Of a stretch of 64,000 nucleotides of DNA, positions 53,206 through 64,000 are shown piece by piece. The first letter of the stretch is position 1, and each line of letters opens with the position of its first letter. Made by a program: the position numbers and the translations under genes. The notes beneath the pieces were generated by a model, which was not told where the DNA came from, did not search any database, and saw only the letters and a program-made list of their open reading frames with translations. Origin of the DNA: Azolla caroliniana (Eukaryota; Plantae; Polypodiophyta); assembly GCA_043228905.1 (NCBI GenBank), contig JBHGNT010000013.1, positions 18,414,001-18,478,000 of the forward strand, written 5' to 3'.

Positions 53206-56200
53206 TTAATGTTCCTATAAAACATAAAAAAGAAAGCATAGTTATGTATATAATACACATATTTTGTCCATAAGATAGTAACTATCATGACTATGACTCA
53301 TATATGCATGATTGCATCCTCTTATTAATTAAAATGGTCATATTGCATACACACATCTACCACATATTCTTTATCACACCCTATAAGCCATGTGCATGCA
53401 TGTTCATATCAAATTGGGAAGTAGGAATAACTAACTGCCTCTTCATGAATTTGTTTAGTGCTGAAAATTGGCAACAGAACATAATAGGAATACATGGTTT
53501 AGATAATCAAAATAGACGATCTCCTTTTGCATAGGCAACCAGGACCATACTAACATAAGGCTATGCCATTAATAGCAATAGTAAACAACATTGTATGTAC
53601 TGAGCAAATACAATGCAAACAAGTTAAAAAGCTCACAAAAACTATTAGATTCGAATGATCTCAAGCAAGAGAAAAGATGCACAAGTAGAGGCAACACCAA
53701 TATATACAATCAAACTAGGGAATTATATACTGTATAAGCCATTTTTAAAACATTCCTAAAGAATCCATGATAAGCTTTTGGTTCTTTCAATCTTTGATTT
53801 TTGAGAAATGAAATACCACTAAAGAATATATTCCAAAAGGGCATGATAGAGTAATTCTCTTTGCTAAAGTTTTTGAGAACTATTTAATTCCAAATGTTGT
53901 ATCCATCGCATGCAACTCTTCGTTGTCTTCAATGTGGTGAAAGAAATGAGATGAGAGACTTAACTGATGACTTGGGCTAAAAACTAAAATTAAAATGAAG
54001 AGAACAACCATTCTATTTTTTCTAATGCATTTGTTGGGAACCCTCAATCTGAGGAAAAAACCCACAAAACATGTTCTAATACCCGTGTAATGGTGACTAT
54101 ACTCGATCCTAATACCCAACACACACATTTACTAATATAATTGTATGTTTCACACGAGAGAGAGAAATCCATACAAAAGCTTGCTTTGGATTCTAGTATG
54201 AGTAGACGAGTGTGTGTTCAAATGTTAAAGTTAAGCCTATGAACTCACTTTTTTAAGTAAACCGACTCTATATCAATTCACTTAAAAGTTAGAAGTGTGG
54301 ATAAATGACAGGACTGAGTATTTCTTTTTTTCAGAGGTGAAGCATGGGAATTTCCCCTTGCCTTATTCAAATATCGACCAAACAGTAAACTAAAAGAAGA
54401 ATTAAGAGATTCTGTTAAAAATCAGATCCAAGTGGTTAGGTCAATCCGGCACTAATTTCTCAAAGTGAGATTACTGACAAACATAATAGTTCCCAATCAA
54501 ACCCATCAAGACATTGTTGATGTGATCAAAGTCAACATTACCTTAACTATCAAGGCATTGATGGATCCATCAAGGAACCAAGCATTGGATTGATGAATTA
54601 TTCAGGAACAAGCCACGAGTCCTCATTCTAGGGAACAATATAGCAAATTAAAGAAAAGGCAAAAAATCAATTCTATGTGTTCACCAAATCCATTTTTATG
54701 TCTTATAGGGTCCAAAAGCCATCCTTTTCCATTTAGTCTCCTAGATCTGGCTTTTCATTTGAAGCCTCGGGTAAGGCTTCATATTAAGATGCTTCAAATT
54801 GCATACGGACATTAAATTATTTGCAATTACTCTATAATATATATGTATATATATGTAATTAGTACTTTCTAAACATATTTTGCAACTCACTTGAAGGGCA
54901 GACTTGATTACAGATCAGAATCTCAAAGAATAGGCAATGGGGATGATAGCGAGAAAGTTTTCTTTTTTCTTTATATTGTTCAAGACAACATGGTCCAACC
55001 GTACATTGGGCTTCCATATGCTTAGACCAAGATGTTTTCTCCATTTCTTCTTGATGTAATTAAGCCTCTTATCCAACCAACAGCAAAAAGATTACCATTG
55101 TACATCAAAGAAAGACCCATGTTTGGGATGTAAATTTTAGAGGAGAATCTGTTCCTGTTATCTCAGCTTCTACTATTCCAAACATAATGAAAACTCATGT
55201 ACCTACATATTTGGTTCTCGTTAAGGATGTTAATGCATATGAAATTGAAACAGAGTTCTCAGCATTTCACAAAGATAGGGCCTAACAAGCTTTCTTGAGC
55301 ATTATTAGTTCTCAAAGTCTTCATCATATGAGTTATCTTCCTCTAAAAGGCACAAGGATCATGCAACTGATTTGATCTCAAGATTATGAATCTGGGAGGC
55401 AAGATAACATAGAACCTGACAATGTGAAACAATTGAGGGCCAATGGTCCTTGGTGCAAGGAGCCACAGCTTGTAGACCAATGGATCATCATATGATCAGC
55501 CCAGTTAGCATTGGATTCTATTGTGTGGAGGTGTGAATATCCAATCAAAAAAGTCGAGCCTTAGAAAGTCACTTTAGTTAGGCCCTACATAAAATTCAAG
55601 TAGAAGGTATAATTGAGTGGATAGGTTAGAAGCTAATGCATTTTTTTTAACAAGGTTACTCTTTGGTGGCATGAGAAAGACTGCCTTGTTCAAACAACAT
55701 TCTCACATCTCTTTTGATGAAACTCGAAATTTGATTTTAGAGAGGAAGAGTTATGTTAAAAAGCAAAAACCCCAGGGAATCATAACTGATTTACTCTCTT
55801 TTCTGGTGTACTCATTGGAATAGTGTGGGAGCTATATGTGTATGACTTTTAGAGATGAATAAGCTTAAATTTCTCATGGGTTCAGGGCTTACTTTACATT
55901 AATTATCAATAAAAGAAATACTGAGAAGCACAAACCTTTGAAGGTCAACATGGTGTCAAATTCTTTGTGCAATAGAAATCTAGCTCTCTGGATGTGGAAT
56001 TAAGTCATTAGTTAATATGAAATTGTAAGGAAATCTTTATTTAGAAAACTACACTAGTGGTGAGATAAGCACAATCAGTGTTTCATTTGTGATTTTACAG
56101 CTCTCTGAGGTTCCTTAGGCCAGGCTCAAATGAATCACATTAAACGAAATGGTTGGCATATATGTAACAAGTTAAAACCAAATCATCAATAAGTATCTAG

Positions 56201-57570
56201 AGAAGAATCAACTTTTGCTTAGACTAAACCATGCTCATCTCTCTATATATACCAGGAGAAAACCAAAATCTTCTTATTTGTATAATGAAAGTCTAGTATA
56301 CATTCAAAACATAACCAAACCAAAATTCTCCCTCGACATATACCATGAGGAAATTCAAAGCTTCTCACTTATTAGATTGTTGAAGAGTGTCTCATACACA
56401 TTCAAAACCTTAAACGAACCCAAAATAGTCGATCAATACATACATGTGTAACGTGTTATAGTAGATTGTAGACTGTAGTAGGAACTTTGAAGAGGACTAA
56501 GTAGTAAGGAGTCAGGAATCAGGAGTTAGGAGTTAGGATGAGGACTGAGGTAGCGCAGGAGAGAGTATGTATTGTAGTATGTGAAGGCGTGTAGAAGAGA
56601 GAGTCAGGAAGCAAGAGTCAATAGTTAGAATTTAGGATTGGATTATTATTTTTAAATCTAAAAACCTAAAAACCAAACCTTTAAACTGATAAGCCTTTAA
56701 ACCGCTAACTCCAAAAACCGAACCGAATTGAAACCGAACGAAATCGTATACTATGAAACCAAACCAAACTAATTATTTAACTTTAAACCGATAAACCATT
56801 AAGCCACGGCTTAGCGGTTCGATTCGGTTCGAGCTGAAACTAGGCCCATTGCTACCCTCGACGGAGTCGGAGCCGGAGAAGCCAATGGAGGTGCGAACGA
56901 CACACCTAGACGACGTGGACCTGGAAGACGAGTTGGCGGAGATCCACTATTCGAAGTTGCATTGGGCAAGGGCTACTACGGAAACCCCCATTCGGGTCGG
57001 CAACGTCCAAGAGCCGGTAATGGTGGTGATCAACCATAGGTCGAAGATCAACCTGATGTCTATGGACTTCTATAAGAAAGGGAAGTGGTTGATCAACACC
57101 AAGCACGGGTGGAAGATACGTGCGGCAACATGCGCCACGGAGGAGCTACACGGGGCCTGCCCGAATGTACGTGTGAAAATCGGCGATGCCGAGATTGATC
57201 AGAACTTCTTCGTGTAGGAGACATCCTCGCACCCGGTGATACTCAGCGAATCGTACATTACGACGGCACGCATGGAAACAAAGGTGTTGGATAACGGTTT
57301 AGCATACGCACGCGTGAAGAGCCAAGATGGGCGACACTCCGTCCAATTTCTGACAGTCTGACCGAACCATGAGCGTAATCATGAAACCCTCGGCGTCGAC
57401 AGCCGAGGGGATTTTTAGAGAGGGCTATCAAGGTGTGGGGCCATGATAGTCTGGACACTCCGGTAGAACCCCACAAGTGTACTATAGCTAGGAAGTTTTG
57501 GGTCTCCGACAATGGAGGTTGTATGATAGCCGGCATCGGTGGCCGGGAGAAGAAGAGGGCCGAGGAACGT

Positions 57571-58148
57571 TGTCGTGAAGATTTATTACTGTAGTGTGAA
57601 CCCGGGGTGGAATGGGCAAGTTGGTGGTGTGCAACATGTGCACATGTATAGTAGGAAACGATGTATAGAATAAGGGGGAGTATTTATCCTACATTGTAAC
57701 GCCCTCCCCTCCTTGATCTATAAAACGAGGGAGGGGTCCCTTGTTAAAAGGGTTGCCTATTTTGATTGAGAGAGGTATACCACTTAGGTCGAGGGGTTCT
57801 ATTCGGTTTTAGGGTTTCTTCTAGGGTTTTCTTATTGGGTTTCTTTAGGGTTTCTATGCTTCTTTGCTTACTTATCCGGTTAGGGTTTTCTTGTAGTCGT
57901 TTTGGGGTGTGGCCTATGCGGCCTTGGTTGTAATCTTTGTAAACTCTTAATATAGCATGTTGATGTTTCTTGTCTTGTGGGTGTAACTTGACTCCATCTA
58001 TTCTACTCTATGTTTATGTGCTACTCTTCCTCTTCTCCTCTTGAGCTAAGCTTCCATTTTGTGTCTTATTCCTTCTCCTCTACTCCCTAGTCCAAGACCC
58101 CCGTGGTCCCGCCTGGGATCCTACACGTACTCGCAGAATATCGCGACA
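57571..58148 (+). mobile_element. Solo LTR J (F-related Gypsy) inserted in F
   Basis: TGTCGTGA..TCGCGACA ends; 4-bp TSD ACGT at 57567-57570 and 58149-58152; TATA at ~57719; U5 motif CCCCGTGGTCCCGCC shared with the F LTR. Confidence 0.87.
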
Positions 58149-61100
58149 ACGTTTCAGAGAGTGTGGAGTCCTCTGCCCCAACGAAGAAATTAGCAGCGTC
58201 GTGGAGGCGATTTCTTTCGACGACACCTTGGGGGAAACGGGAAAGGTGATCGATGAAGGTCGTAGTGAAGACCAAGTGATTCCGGTCAACTTGGTGGAGA
58301 TGTACGAAGTCATAGCCGACTTCGGGGAAAGGCTCAGGTCGGATCGGACGACCTGCGTAGATACAAAATACAAGACTGTGGACCGCAAGGTGAGGCTAGT
58401 TGCGGCTCCCTTGTAGGAGGGCAGCGGGGAGCGGAGAAAAGGGGTCGTGTCGGGCCCAAGTTTACGGAATCCGTCCAGCATAGGACACCGGTTCAGCGAC
58501 ATAACGCTACGGGAGCTCAAGGTTGGTGGGGGTGGCTTCCTATTGCCGGTGGAGGAGGAGAGGTTTCGAAGAATGCTCGGAAGGCATGGGAAGGCCTTCG
58601 CATTCGCGCCGGGGAGATCGAGTGCGTAGACCCGACGATCGTGGAACCAATGGTGATCTTCACGGTACCGCATGTGCCGTGGAATCTCAAGTCGATTCTG
58701 GTACCCAGAGCTCACATCCCGAGGTTGATGGAGCTGTTGAAGCAGAAGGTGGAGATGGGCATCCTCAAGCTGTCGAGTGCCCCATATTCGAATTGGTGGT
58801 TTACCGTGCTGAAGAAGAACGGCATGCTGCGCTTCATTTAGGACCTGTAGCTGGTCAACAAAGTGACCATCTAGAACGCGGGTATCAGACCGACCATTCA
58901 CGAATTTGCGGAGGCCTTTGCAGGAAGGTCGATCTATTCAGTCGGGGATCTGTACTCAGGGTACGATCAATTCCAACTAGCCGTGGAGAGCAGGGACATT
59001 ACGACGATGCGAACTCCTCTCGGCTTAGTGCGGATGTGTACCCTGCCGCAGGGAGGGACCAACTCGGTGGCACACATGGTGAATGCAATGAATAAGGTGT
59101 TGAGGGAGTGCATCCCAGACATCACCATGCCATTCTTGGATGACATCCCGAGAAAAGGGTGCCCGGTGGAAGAGAAGGATGAGTTGGTCAGGCTAGACGG
59201 TTGCCGAAGATTCGTAGTGGACCACATCGGCGACTGCGAGAAGGTGCTTCAAACACTTGAGGACGCGTGACTCCCCTTCTCCGGAGAGAAGTCGGCTTTC
59301 GGGCAGTCGGAGATCCTAGTGGTCGGGCACTTGTGCGGGCCTTACGGCCGGAAGCCGTCTCCGGCAAAGGTAGAAGCCACCTCCGCAATGAAGGAAGAAT
59401 GCAAGTCAATTATAGAGGTGTGGAGGTTCCTAAGCGTGTGCGCGTTCTACCATATCTGGATTCCACATTACGCACACGTCGCGGAGCTGCTCTACGGGTT
59501 GTTGAAGAAAGGGCGTAAATTCGAGTGGGGCGAGGAGCATGCGGAGTCGGTTCATAGACTGAAGGGGGTGCTAACCGCGGCACCAGCACTCCAGAATGTG
59601 GTTTACGACAAGGACGTCCCAGTTTACATTACGGTAGACACGAGCTTGACCAGGATAGCCTGGGTGGTCAACCAGGTGGACGAAACCGGCACAAGGTTTC
59701 CCATCCGGTTCAGAGCGAAGGTGTTGAGTGAGCGACAACGAGGATACGCCCAAGTTAAACGTGAACTCTGGGGTATTGTTTTGGCGGTCAAGGCCAATAA
59801 AGACTACTTGATCAGGACGGAGGTGATAATTGAAACGGACTACCTACCGATCCTTGGTATGGTTTCCAGATGCGCGACGCCGGACTTGGCAATGCTCAGG
59901 TGGATCACATACATTAAGTCTCTGAACCCGGAGATATGGCACATCTTCGGTAAAGACAACGCCATGGCCATTATGCTTTCTAGACCATGGTTTGACGACG
60001 AGGACGACATGGTTTCGGACGAAGAAGTCGGCGTAGACTTCTTCGAGTCGGCTTACATGACAACAAGGGCAGGAAGCACTCAGGCACTTACCGAGTTCAA
60101 CGAAGGGGAGTACAACAGGGAGTGGCTCCAGATCGGCAAGTTCCTGAAAACAATGGCGCCGGACGCGGCATGGACAAGGGAAGAGGCTAGCCGGATGCGG
60201 AAGAATGCATACCATTTCTTCCTGCGGGATGGGAGCATATGGAGGCACCCGAAGAAGCGAGGCGGCGTCCCACTCCGCGTAGCGGCAGGAAAGGCAGAGC
60301 GAGAGGGGTTGCTAGCGGCGTACCACGAGAGTCCTTGGACCGGACATCGTGGGACATGGGGCACGTTCAAGAAGCTGAAGGAGAAGTATTGGTGGCTAGG
60401 GCTATACCAGGACGTGCACCGATTCGTAACAACATGTGAAAACTGTCAGATGCAGTCCGCGATCCAACATCGGGACGAGTTGCACCCAACCTACCCGCCG
60501 ACCGTTCATTTCAAGTGGATGGTAGACTTAGTGACGATGCCGATGGGGGTAAGGCATATGCGGTACCTGGTGCTTGCGTGGGAGGACTTGACGAATTAGG
60601 TGGAGGGCCACACCCTACAGAACAAGACGACCACGGTCGTGTGCCGATTCCTGATCGAAGAGGTGGTATGCCGGTACGAGTGCATAGGAAAGATAGTAGC
60701 TAACCAGGGAGAGCTAGATGCACAGGAAGCCGAAGAGTTGTTCGACCGATTAGGGGTTAAGCTCTCCCTCACTACGGCGTACAACCCAGAGGCTAACGGG
60801 AAGGTAGAGCGCGGGCACAGGCTGATCGTGAAGGCATTAGTACGCGCGTGTGAAGGTCAAGCTAGGAGTTGGCCACGACTCCTACCTTACGCACTATGGG
60901 CGGACCGAACTACGCATAGTTCGATGACCGGGTTCATGCCGACGGAGGTGATGTACGAGCAGAAGCCGATCATGCCGATGGAGCGGACGATTTCCTCATG
61001 AGACGCGGTGGACTGGAGAGACGAGATGAGCCGGGAAGAGCTACTGGCAGCGTGGATTCGACAGCTCGAGCGAAGACTGGAGGACGTGGAGCAGCCAAAG

Positions 61101-63772
61101 GCGAAGTTGCATGCGGCAAGGGAAAGGAACAAAGGCCGGTTCGACCGAACGCACCAGCTACGACCGAAGAAGATCGAGGAAGGCGACTGGATGCTGGTTT
61201 ACGACAACAACCTCGACAATCAGCACAAGGTGATGCGGAAGTTTGCGAGGAGGTGGTTCGGGCCCTACACCGTAACGAGCATAAATGACAATAGTACTTA
61301 CCACCTTGTGGAGCTCGACGGGACGCGGATAGCGGTGCCGGTAGCCTAGAAGAGGATCAAGGCTTTCAAGAAGCGGCATGAAGATGAGCCAAACCCGGGA
61401 AGCGAGTACGACGATGACAACCGGTTCGGAGCGGGTGAAGTTTCGGAGAGCAACGGGTGAATACGAGCTAGGTTTCTCTAGCATTAGTCCCTCTCTAGTG
61501 CATGCCGGAGGATGCGCAGTTTGGTGGGGGTGGATGTCATGGAGAAAACCGACCTTAGGTGGAATCATGGAATTCGACACGTGAAACGGCACTTACGCGG
61601 GTGCACTCAAACCAACACACTGTACATAACTAGGGATAGGCCGGCAGGCCGGCGAGATGTGCATATCCTAGGAAGAATATATTAATAGGCTAGTAAATCG
61701 AAGCGAATCTCTGTCCGAAGGGACAAAGAATAAAAGTGATGTGACCAGGATGTAACGGTCCCTCCCCGGCGACCTATAAAAAGGAAAGGGGAGAATACTG
61801 AAAAGGGGATCGTGTTTTGACGAGGACGAGGTGCTATCGGACTAGGAACCAAGCTCTCTCCTCCTATATCGTTGTTTCCTGTAGGTTCTTTGAGTCGGTT
61901 GCCTACGCTTTGAGGAAAGTCGTGTGCTTCCGGCAAAGGCCCTACTACGTGTGTGCGTGGGTGTGTGATTGCTTGGGTTGGGTCTGTCGCCGGCTATTCG
62001 GTTGTAATCTTGCAAACACTGTATCCTTTACTGTTATTGGAATCGAATCTCTTGTTTCCCTCTCTTTGTGTTTTGTGAGTCTCTCTTTTACGCGAGTGTG
62101 CATCTTGTTCAAATACGCGTTAGTGGATCATTTAGCCGGCAAGCGTTGTTAGTTGCAAACGGGCCTAACCGGCCCTATGCCTGCGCTCTTCTCCCGCTCC
62201 GCCTTCTTCTCTCTCTTGCTCCTCGGTTCAAGGCCCCCGTGGTCCCGCCATATTTCTTACGCGAAAGTGGAACAACACGACAACGGTTTGTAGGTTTGCG
62301 CTTATTCATAAGGAATCAAGGGTCAAGATCAAGTTATTCTCAATCCTACAATGGGTGATAACTTCTAAGTATTTCATCATTGTACCACTCCTAGTAAGTG
62401 TGAATAGACAAAGACCTAGGTTTTGAGTCTATATAGGAAGGCTAACTACCTTAATGAAGCAATGGAAGTTACAACGTGAGAACTCTATCAATGTGGTAAA
62501 GCTCTAGTTGCATACATTTTTTCTTTTGTCAAAACCAAGGTATGATCCTTGTCTGCATATGGTGATATAGGACATTAGAGGGTACTCGAATATGTATCTC
62601 ATTGTCTCTAAGGAGTGCTTGAGTTTTCATAGCAACATCTATAAGTACATAATTGGAATCTCACAATTTTCAAAACATATGAAATACCACTAAACATGAA
62701 TACAAAAGATGGAATCATTTGATTTCACTGGTCGATATGAAAACACTTGGTACACTTGGGATTAGACCCTACAATAAAAACCAATATACCATTATTTAAA
62801 TGCCAAATTCCAATGCTTCATAAGCAAATGGGGGGACCCATCTTCCCAACATCCATGAAATTTAGTGCAGTCAAGGATAGGATATTTATCGTCCATGGGC
62901 AGACTATAGGTAGTAAAGGCAATTAGAAGTTAGAACCAATTGTGTAATGATGGGGTTCAAGAGAGCGAATAAGATGTCTGAAAAAATCTTGTTCCTTTGA
63001 TACAAAGCCATATACCCTTAGCTATGTCATTGATGGACTTTAATACACACACGTACAATGAATGTGTGTTCACAAATTAAAGTGTGTAATTGAGCTTGTT
63101 ATCTCAAAAGATTATGCACATTGTGGCCCATCTAGTGTTTGGAACTTTGGGGATCATTGGCATCTAGTATATTTTTTGGTTTCACTGGACACTTGTCTCA
63201 TTCAACCACCAACATTCAAATTTCAAGTTTTCTTCTGATAATTTTATAAGTCTTTACATGTGCACATATAGGTGAAAATATTTGAAAAATCCATCCTAAT
63301 GCATCGTTCTCATTCAAAATGCAGAAGTATCAACAACCATGGAACATATCTATGAAGATCTAACACGTAGAAACACGTGTCTTCTTTCTTGAAATTGCAA
63401 CCTTTCATTGCAAAATGCAAGCTTCTACATTTCTATGTCATGCTTATGTTGCCTAACAACTATAAAGACCATAAGAAATAATTTTGTTAAATTGAACGGG
63501 TGATGATTTCTTGACAATTTCGTTAATGAGTTGTAAAGGTAAGGCTCTAACAATGTGCTTTAGAATGATAAAAGGATGTTATTTTTGTTGTGGATCTCAA
63601 TATCCATTGCAAATCCATTGTTGTCTATCATATTATGACACATTATCCTCTAGTTAGGTGCGATATCATCACCCGTCTCGCAGTACACAAACATGGAGAC
63701 AAATTCCCGAAGAAGAAAATTGTCTTATTATTGCCAACCCAACAAAAGCAAAGTTTGGCCCTTGCTCTCAAG

Positions 63773-63995
63773 ATGTATGTATGTATACATACATACATGC
63801 ATATATATGCATGCACGAATACATACATACGTACATGCATATATACATATGCATGCACAAATACCTACCTACCTACATACATACATACATACATACATAC
63901 ATGCATACATACACACACAACATACATTCATATGCATGCATGAATACATACATACATACATAGTACATACATACATATGCATACATACATACATT
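63773..63995. repeat. Degenerate (TACA)n microsatellite
   Basis: Visible directly. Confidence 0.95.
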
Positions 63996-64000
63996 CCTAT

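Larger units (their letters stand above)
44453..56854 (-). mobile_element. hAT DNA transposon (12.4 kb including nested H) inserted in F
   Basis: TIRs TAGCAATGTGCCCGGTTT / AAACTAGGCCCATTGCTA; 8-bp TSD CTCTCGAC/CCCTCGAC; AACCA/AACCG subterminal arrays at both ends; transposase gene inside. Confidence 0.92.
41732..62282 (+). mobile_element. Ty3/Gypsy LTR retrotransposon F, degenerate; host of nest 3
   Basis: LTRs 41732-42479 and 61535-62282 (~748 bp). 4-bp TSD ACGG at 41728-41731 and 62283-62286. tRNA-Trp PBS TGGTGAACCCGACGTGA at 42485-42501; PPT GGTGGGGGTGGA. Gag 42550-44452 (CMWCDAVGH), protease ~56860-57420, RT/RH/IN 58150-61380 (LPQGGTNS, FLDD, AYNPEANG, WFGPY). Confidence 0.93.

Noticed and set aside
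58800-60600. Stops repairable by U-to-C RNA editing
   Set aside because: Such editing is organellar; the element is nuclear and also has frameshifts.
63590-63963. His/Thr/Tyr-rich ORFs
   Set aside because: Translation of the (TACA)n microsatellite.

Overview
Eukaryotic land-plant nuclear DNA, most likely from a seed-free vascular plant such as a fern (inferred from the Tcn1-type chromovirus, the non-angiosperm-like Gypsy elements and the PLS-PPR gene). There are two host genes: the 5' end of a PLS-class PPR gene (minus strand, 454 to <1, one intron, missed by the ORF track) and an intronless gene for a YDxxSYxxNFDDG-motif protein (36461-37060). Transposon nests fill much of the rest. Nest 1 (2424-17766): Copia C contains Copia A, which contains a very young Copia B. 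Nest 2 (19930-24854): a short solo LTR interrupted by Gypsy D, with a deleted relative E at 26803-27959. Nest 3 (41732-62282): Gypsy F carries two solo LTRs and a 12.4-kb hAT transposon that itself contains a self-priming chromovirus H. LINE 3' ends, a hAT MITE and tandem repeats are also present. The most unusual signals are tRNA-like Pol III A/B-box modules at the outer U3 edge of two different chromovirus-type LTR families, and two Gypsy groups with 4-bp, apparently sequence-biased TSDs (ATAT; ACGK). All calls were made by eye, without database searches.
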